NCBI GenBank assembly: GCA_045807965.1
Contig: JBJMGJ010000380.1
Coordinates: forward strand, 2,218-66,217
DNA: 64,000 bases
Direction: 5' to 3'
Source of the DNA: Bryobacteraceae bacterium
Lineage (GTDB): Bacteria; Acidobacteriota; Terriglobia; Bryobacterales; Bryobacteraceae
A program made the translations under genes and the position numbers. Below are positions 58,303-64,000 of the stretch, one piece after another. Within the stretch, counting starts at the first letter, position 1; every line of letters begins with the position of its first letter. Under the pieces are notes generated by a model, which ran no database searches, was not told the origin of the DNA, and saw only the letters and a program-made list of their open reading frames with translations.

Positions 58303-60254
58303 TATGCCGCCGGAATAATCAGAGAAAGCACCGATTCGTTTCGAGTAGTTCCTTCCAGACCCCGATCGAAATCTCCTGGAGTGAAACTGTTCTGTCCAGG
58401 TGGTACCAAACCGGATTTGATAGCCATTACCGCATTACCACTCGGATCTGAATACAACATGTCTGAACTCGTTGCCCAAGTAGCCGAGGAATTGACGCTG
58501 GCTACCGCAATATAGACTTCATTACCTAGTGCAACTCTGCCTAGCGATACGGCTTGGGCGGCAATGGCTGCAGTGGTATTGTTACCTATGTTGTTTGCCG
58601 CTGCGGCAACGGCAGCAGTTAGACTGGCTTGAGTATAAGCTCCACACCACCAGCGAATAATACCGTTGGTAACGACATTGACGACCGCCGAAACCGAACC
58701 CGCCGTTGGTGTAAGGCGGAACGCCTGCAACAGGCCAGCGTTGGGATCACCAGGAGTACTGGTGCCAACGGCCGGAGCGAGCAGCAGGGATATGGCCAGG
58801 CCGGTGTCGGAAGTCGAGCAGGTGGCTGTGTAGGAAGCGGCCGGGGAGGACAGCGCGTCGAAGGCGTACAGGGATTCCGCGCTGGCCGCCTGAGCGGACG
58901 CGCGGGCGGCCGGTCCGGAGGCGGTGAACGTGTTGCCGTTGTACGATCCAAACGCCACCACCTTGCCGTCCCCTGCCGCCGGGATCTGCGACGGCGAGGC
59001 GAACGAGGTGGTGCTCGTCGAGACGCGGGTGAACAACGGCGGCCCGTCCAGGCCGGTCGCGCCTGCGTGTTGCAGCACCACGGCACAGGTGTAGGCGACG
59101 AGCGTCGAGAACGTGTAGCTCGTGGGTTCGGAGGCGGTGGCGGTCTTGGTGTAGACCGCGCCCTGGCCGGTGCCGGAGAACTGGCCTATGCTGCCCGCAA
59201 GGGTCCAGCCGGAGGGTGCGGAGTAGGTAGCGATCCCGGTGTTCGCCATGTAGATGATGGCGGTGAGCAGGTTCCCGGCTGCAATGTTCGCCGGGGCGGG
59301 GACGGTGACCGAGCTGCCCGAGCCCGCCGCTGCGCCGGAGCCGGAGACGTAGGTAGGGCCACCAGATACTGCCGCAATTGGCGGTCCAGAAGTTGCTAAC
59401 TGAGTAAAGGCATCCACTCGAGTGGGAAACGTCAGCGTCTGCGTATAGTTGCTATTGACAAGCAATAGCAGAAAATCACTGGCCGTCCAGTTGTCCGGTA
59501 ATGTGATCGTTGCCGATGTACCAGTCGTGGAACCGGCCTTCGATCCAGATCGAAGTTGCGGACCCGACTTCAACTCAGGATATGGATAGCCTCGAGACGA
59601 AGAAGATCCCGCGGTACCCGACCATTGCCAATTCTTTAAAGTTCCCACTCCAAGAGCTCGAGCCGGTACATAGTCACCCAAATAAAGCTGCACATTGGAA
59701 ATCTCGGCCCAGACTCCCGCAGTCAACGGCAAGTTCTGCAGATTGACTCGAATGGAAGTAATGTTCGTAACACCGACACCAATGGTAAACGTAACCCAGA
59801 CCCGAGTCGGTACTCCGGCCTTGATCGTGTTAACTCCCGAAATCGCTGCATTCTGAGTTACCGTGCCGCCAGTAACACCGGTAATCGTAATGCCATTCCA
59901 AGCATTGTCATTTGACAGCATCACGTCCCAGACAGCAGTAATCCTCTGCCCGATCAATTCCGGCCAACGGGCAGCAGCAACACCGTTTCCAGTATTGTTG
60001 AATGACAAGCCGATATCGCCGTTGGCAACACTTCGGGTCGTCCAAGTTATCCGAAAAGCGCGTCCTGATTGGGGCCAACTCGATGCCACTATCTGTTGAG
60101 TGATCGCATTGGGTGTCGTTCCCGCATAAGAACCGAACCCACCAGGGACACCGGTAACCGGCAAACTGGCAAGCGAATAATTCTCCAAGCCAGGGCGAAG
60201 AAACAAGTTTTCATACGATTGACTAGGGGCATCGAGAATTGCTGCTGCTCGCAT
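58302..60254 (-). CDS. fibre / receptor-binding-like protein, 650 aa
   Basis: ATG 60254 overlaps the upstream stop. Ala/Gly/Ser/Thr-rich beta-type sequence with a jelly-roll/CBM-like N-region (weak). Confidence 0.5.
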   Translation of the reverse strand: MRAAAILDAPSQSYENLFLRPGLENYSLASLPVTGVPGGFGSYAGTTPNAITQQIVASSWPQSGRAFRITWTTRSVANGDIGLSFNNTGNGVAAARWPELIGQRITAVWDVMLSNDNAWNGITITGVTGGTVTQNAAISGVNTIKAGVPTRVWVTFTIGVGVTNITSIRVNLQNLPLTAGVWAEISNVQLYLGDYVPARALGVGTLKNWQWSGTAGSSSSRGYPYPELKSGPQLRSGSKAGSTTGTSATITLPDNWTASDFLLLLVNSNYTQTLTFPTRVDAFTQLATSGPPIAAVSGGPTYVSGSGAAAGSGSSVTVPAPANIAAGNLLTAIIYMANTGIATYSAPSGWTLAGSIGQFSGTGQGAVYTKTATASEPTSYTFSTLVAYTCAVVLQHAGATGLDGPPLFTRVSTSTTSFASPSQIPAAGDGKVVAFGSYNGNTFTASGPAARASAQAASAESLYAFDALSSPAASYTATCSTSDTGLAISLLLAPAVGTSTPGDPNAGLLQAFRLTPTAGSVSAVVNVVTNGIIRWWCGAYTQASLTAAVAAAANNIGNNTTAAIAAQAVSLGRVALGNEVYIAVASVNSSATWATSSDMLYSDPSGNAVMAIKSGLVPPGQNSFTPGDFDRGLEGTTRNESVLSLIIPAA

Positions 60255-61600
60255 CAGTAGAACACCCCCATCACCACGCCGTACCATTGGTTTACGCCAT
60301 CCCAGAACATGTTTACTGCCAGTCGTGCACTAACCGTCGCTGGTATGCTGGGCGCAACTGCACCACCGGCCCATTTGATTCCGGTTGGCCAGGTAAGCGT
60401 ATACGGTCCACCGGTAGCCGCTTGAATAACGATGATTGTCACGGTACCGGACTTACCGAGATTGGCACTGGTCGGAAAAACGCCAATCGTAAGATTAGCC
60501 GCCAAAGTCCACACCTGAGTACCAGGCACCCAGGTTGTACCGGGAGTTACCGTTGCAACACCAGTGTTGGTCCAGGTCGACGTCGGGGCAAGATCCCCAG
60601 GATCTCCCTTTACTCCTTGGATTCCCTGAATGCCTTGAATACCTTGTGGACCGCGAACCGATGGCGTATAGAGATGGTCACCATCGGAAAGAGTAAGGTC
60701 CAATCCACTGTCGGCAGCCAACGTTGCATCGACGATACTTACACCTTGTATGCCCTGTGGGCCCTGAATTCCCTGCGGACCTTGTGCACCCGGATTACCA
60801 GGTGGGATATAGAATCGGAGCTGGACATCTTGCGGAGTTCCGATGTTCTCGACCCCAGCGTAGTCACCAGGATTGGTCATGATCGTGTTTGCAACGGCTA
60901 CTGTTGCTGCTGCTCCAGGTTCTCCTTGGATACCCTGGATTCCCTGCTCTCCCGGAGTTCCCGGTACACCCTGCGCACCGCGAGCCGCAAGCGGCTGCCA
61001 GTCGGTTCCGGGATCAGTGTCTGGTACAACACCGGTAGATCCAGCAACTGCAAACCAGGCGGAACCGTTGTAGTAGGTTGCGTCGTTCGGCGCATAGGCG
61101 GTGTTTGCATTCCAGACACCGCGCCAGGTCAATCCAGCCGGACCTGCTGGACCTTGAGCTCCAGGCTCACCAGGAATTCCCTGGATACCTTGAATGCCCG
61201 GTATACCTTGATCACCCTTGGCCCCTTGAATGCCCGGCAATCCTTGCAGACCTTGATCGCCTTTCGGACCGGCATCTCCCGGGTCGCCCTTAGCACCTGG
61301 ATCACCAGGATTACCTTTGATACCCTGGTCGCCTTTGGGGCCAGGTGCACCGTCGATGCCTCGTTCCCCAGGATCGCCTTTCGGCCCAGGTGGGCCTGGA
61401 GCTCCGTCGATCCCTCGAATGCCGATATCACCCTTAGGACCCGGGTCACCCTGTGGCCCTGGCGGGCCTACTTCACCATCTCGACCGGCTTCACCAGGAA
61501 AACCCTGCGGGCCCCGTGGGCCGACCAGGGCAACCTCAGCGAATTCGACGACTACTTCCGGCAACGGCGGCTCTACGACGACGATCACATCATCAGGCAT
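60254..61600 (-). CDS. collagen-like repeat fibre protein, 448 aa
   Basis: About 130 uninterrupted residues of G-X-Y (about 61136..61522) plus three shorter G-X-Y blocks, with a globular C-terminus. Confidence 0.8.
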   Translation of the reverse strand: MPDDVIVVVEPPLPEVVVEFAEVALVGPRGPQGFPGEAGRDGEVGPPGPQGDPGPKGDIGIRGIDGAPGPPGPKGDPGERGIDGAPGPKGDQGIKGNPGDPGAKGDPGDAGPKGDQGLQGLPGIQGAKGDQGIPGIQGIQGIPGEPGAQGPAGPAGLTWRGVWNANTAYAPNDATYYNGSAWFAVAGSTGVVPDTDPGTDWQPLAARGAQGVPGTPGEQGIQGIQGEPGAAATVAVANTIMTNPGDYAGVENIGTPQDVQLRFYIPPGNPGAQGPQGIQGPQGIQGVSIVDATLAADSGLDLTLSDGDHLYTPSVRGPQGIQGIQGIQGVKGDPGDLAPTSTWTNTGVATVTPGTTWVPGTQVWTLAANLTIGVFPTSANLGKSGTVTIIVIQAATGGPYTLTWPTGIKWAGGAVAPSIPATVSARLAVNMFWDGVNQWYGVVMGVFY

Positions 61601-61955
61601 AGGTCACCTCCGTAACCAGTTGATTGACCTGCAGTCGACCGGACAGAATTACCAGTCCGCGAGCATTCGGATCGTTGGCGTCGGCGATCACCACGTCGTA
61701 ATAACCGCCGTGCACGGTTTTGGACTGATTCCCGTCCAATGCGAAGTCGATGACGATGTCCTCGGCATCGTAGGAAGGGGTCATAAACGGCGTCAGATCC
61801 GTTTTGAGCGTCGAACGGCTGTTGTTCCCTACCCGTACCTGGCTGAGGACTGAAAAATCAGCCAAGGTGGGCCAGACGGCCCGTCCACCGACGATCCGGA
61901 AGCGCCTAGCGTAGGAAAGACCGGCTACGATGGTAAGGTCAAGGGTGACTGCCAT
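61593..61955 (-). CDS. hypothetical fibre-module protein, 120 aa
   Basis: ATG 61955 (MAVTLDL) behind GAAGGA. Confidence 0.5.
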   Translation of the reverse strand: MAVTLDLTIVAGLSYARRFRIVGGRAVWPTLADFSVLSQVRVGNNSRSTLKTDLTPFMTPSYDAEDIVIDFALDGNQSKTVHGGYYDVVIADANDPNARGLVILSGRLQVNQLVTEVTYA

Positions 61956-62296
61956 GCCGATCCTTCCCGTTGCACACTGAGCCGCCACTCGAGTTCCCGG
62001 ATCTGCTCGTTCAGCGCATTCATCACGAATGAGTTACCCGGCGGATCGAACAGGATCTTGACCCGGAGAAATACGTAAGTACGCACCGAGTTCAGTTGCT
62101 TGTCGATCCCGAGGAAATCTTCCCAGACGGCTTCGGCATCCTCGACCAGAAAGCCGTCCTCGGGTCCGATCCCCAGTTGCGAAAGAACCGTGAACACCGT
62201 GTTGATGTGCATCAGGATATCGACATCGAACACGTCGTAGTCGGGAGCGATTCCGAGAGCCTTCTTGGTACTGTCGAGGATGCTTTCGCCTGCCAT
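61925..62296 (-). CDS. hypothetical fibre-module protein, 123 aa
   Basis: Track ORF. ILDSTKKALGIAPDYDVFDVDILMHINTVFTVLSQLGIGP resembles small proteins I recall beside fibre genes in Gram-positive phages. Confidence 0.55.
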   Translation of the reverse strand: MAGESILDSTKKALGIAPDYDVFDVDILMHINTVFTVLSQLGIGPEDGFLVEDAEAVWEDFLGIDKQLNSVRTYVFLRVKILFDPPGNSFVMNALNEQIRELEWRLSVQREGSAWQSPLTLPS

Positions 62297-62320
62297 TCAG
62301 AACACCTCCTTGGAAATGAG

Positions 62321-63862
62321 TTAGGACACGCCTGCCCAGAAAGCCGAAACGGATGCCGCACTGGCCAGAGCGATGGAAGTTGGCAAGGCAGTCTGACCGG
62401 TTCCGATACTGCCGAACCGATAAGCACCGGCAGCCAGGCCAATGTTGTTACCAGCATTCTGGCTACCCGAACGCCATAGCGTCGGCGGCGTAGTGCCGTT
62501 GGCCAGGAAACCGACATAGACCAAATCGCTACCGGCAATAGCCAGTGACTTTCCCGCCACCGGAGTGACGACAGCTGAATGTGCGCCAACAGCTCCGAAC
62601 GCAGTGGTCTGGTCCGGGCAGGTTCCGATCAGCGCGCCAGATGAGTCGTAAACCCCGACCAGGTTCTGTCCTGCGGTGAGACCAGCACCTGCTGCGTTGA
62701 AGCCATACCAGACCTTGCTGATCGTGGCAGGCTGACGAATCGGCACCTTGACGAAGATAACCGTGCCGTTCAGTAGAGGAGAGTTCGATCCGATTGCCGC
62801 CGGATCGAACGCAGCAGCGATCAATCCATTATCGACCGGATTCCAGGCGGCAAGCGAGCCAATCGGCGCAGGTACCTGTTCGCTCTGCATGGCTGCGTAG
62901 TGCGCAGCGATCTGCTGGGCAGTCAGCGCTTTGCCATAGATGGCAACCTTGCCCATCCCGCCCTTGAAATAAGAATGCCCAGGCCGTCCGCCGAGATAGA
63001 TTGGTGAGTCACCGTTGACCGGAACGATGTTGTACGGGTCACCCCAGGAATCCTGGTCCCGCTGGACACCATTCTTGTAAAGGGTGACCGTGCCCCAACC
63101 ATCGGCACCTTTGTTGACCCCGTCGAAAACCGCGACCAGATGCATCCATTGACCGCTGGTAAGGACATCTTCGGCATAAGATCCTGCACCCAATCCACCT
63201 TCAGGATTGAATACATAGGATGAAGTTCGATTGGGTCGAGTCGAATTGCGACTGTACATCCGCACGCAGTACTCGATGTTACCCCCGGGCCCAGTACGGT
63301 TCCCCTTGTACAAAGGATAGACCAACGGTCCATCAGTCGAAGTTTCTGGGTTGGGGAAGTCATAAACATCGGGCCGGATCCAGACCTCGAGAGTCAACTG
63401 TCCAGTCTTGGGAACCGAAAAATTATCTGCATCCGGAACTGTCAAGTACTGTGTGATTCCATCGAAGGTAACCGCTGCATCGCCATTGGGCATGGCAGAA
63501 ACACCCGGTGTTCCGGTGAATGTCGCTGTGTTCGAACCGACCTTGTCGGCGACCGTTGTCAGTCCAGCGGATAGCGGCCAGAACCCTACCGGTTTGTCGG
63601 CTAATATGACCGCATCGTAGGACCCTGCTTGAGCGATCGTCTGGACAACTTCAGCCTGCGAAACGCCTAGCTCAGAAATGACCGGCGCAGGAAGCGTGTA
63701 CGGCGCCAGGTCGTCCCGATACGGAAGGTCGTTCCAGTGCGTATGGCCGTCACCGATCTTGACCTTACCGGTGTCCTCGTCGAACCCGGGCTCACCACTG
63801 CCGAGAATCGGGTTACGGCTCTGCCATTGTGCCTGAGTGCGAAACTTAGGAAGATCAGCCAT
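62321..63862 (-). CDS. fibre protein: Mtd_N-like N-terminus + LamG/ConA-like lectin domain, 513 aa
   Basis: N-terminal FRTQAQWQSRNPILGSGEPGFDEDTGKVKIGDGHTHWNDLPY. LTLEVWIRPDV..WMHLVAVFDG..VTLYKNGV (LamG-like). Confidence 0.65.
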   Translation of the reverse strand: MADLPKFRTQAQWQSRNPILGSGEPGFDEDTGKVKIGDGHTHWNDLPYRDDLAPYTLPAPVISELGVSQAEVVQTIAQAGSYDAVILADKPVGFWPLSAGLTTVADKVGSNTATFTGTPGVSAMPNGDAAVTFDGITQYLTVPDADNFSVPKTGQLTLEVWIRPDVYDFPNPETSTDGPLVYPLYKGNRTGPGGNIEYCVRMYSRNSTRPNRTSSYVFNPEGGLGAGSYAEDVLTSGQWMHLVAVFDGVNKGADGWGTVTLYKNGVQRDQDSWGDPYNIVPVNGDSPIYLGGRPGHSYFKGGMGKVAIYGKALTAQQIAAHYAAMQSEQVPAPIGSLAAWNPVDNGLIAAAFDPAAIGSNSPLLNGTVIFVKVPIRQPATISKVWYGFNAAGAGLTAGQNLVGVYDSSGALIGTCPDQTTAFGAVGAHSAVVTPVAGKSLAIAGSDLVYVGFLANGTTPPTLWRSGSQNAGNNIGLAAGAYRFGSIGTGQTALPTSIALASAASVSAFWAGVS

Positions 63863-64000
63863 GCCCGATTCTCACTTTCTTAAAGAGTCAATCCCAAGGG
63901 AGACGCCCCGGACCCGAGGGTAGGAATCCAGGGCGCCTCCGCTTTTGGGTGAGCGTTCAGACGCTCGGATTCATGTTCTGGGTCGAGGTCGGGTCGTTGG

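Noticed and set aside
60239-61615. 458-aa plus-strand ORF
   Set aside because: It is antisense to the collagen-like gene. G-X-Y codons read open on the opposite strand. The product is Arg/Ser/Thr-rich with no recognisable motifs.
62321-63862. Diversity-generating retroelement target, because of the Mtd_N-like N-terminus
   Set aside because: I could find no reverse transcriptase gene and no template/variable repeat pair in the window. The C-terminal domain looks LamG-like, not C-type lectin.
63863-64000. Partial upstream minus-strand gene and a 14-bp hairpin (about 63902..63943)
   Set aside because: Two frames remain open to the window edge, so the stop cannot be chosen. The hairpin has G-U pairs only on the minus strand but no U-tract. 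It is too short a stretch to call.
1-64000. Lysogeny module (integrase, repressor, excisionase) or attachment site
   Set aside because: Nothing with integrase or repressor motifs was readable. The small HTH proteins (1..858, 26175..26381) are not enough to infer a temperate lifestyle.

Overview
This window reads as a gene-dense piece of a tailed dsDNA phage or prophage. It looks siphovirus-like: there is a very long tape measure gene and no sheath gene. Every gene I can support is on the minus strand. The long plus-strand ORFs in the track look like antisense shadows of those genes.

Order along the minus strand:
- 63.9-58.3 kb: fibre-like genes (Mtd_N/LamG-like, collagen-like, CBM-like).
- 58.0-49.2 kb: packaging and head genes (large terminase, portal, protease-capsid fusion). 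Four proteins here share an unusual GVKGMKWGVR tag.
- 48.9-36.2 kb: tail genes (three paralogous tube-like genes, tail-collar fibre, tape measure, Dit, Gp37-like, FN3 fibre).
- 36.2-34.9 kb: holin-type membrane proteins.
- 34.9-30.7 kb: about 14 micro-gene cassettes, each with its own terminator hairpin, conserved promoter-like box and leader.
- 30.7-20.6 kb: unknown and membrane proteins, including a three-member paralog family.
- 20.6-16.8 kb: a 1257-aa helicase/AEP-primase/PolB fusion replicase.
- 16.8-0 kb: about 60 small early genes plus nucleases, an SF2 helicase, an HNH endonuclease and an AT-rich iteron region.

I found no rRNA, tRNA, CRISPR array, integrase or repressor. Twelve ORFs under 60 aa were hand-translated because the track omits them, and many track ORFs were shortened to internal starts that have a Shine-Dalgarno (SD) match. 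All function calls rest on motifs I can read in the translations; no searches were run.
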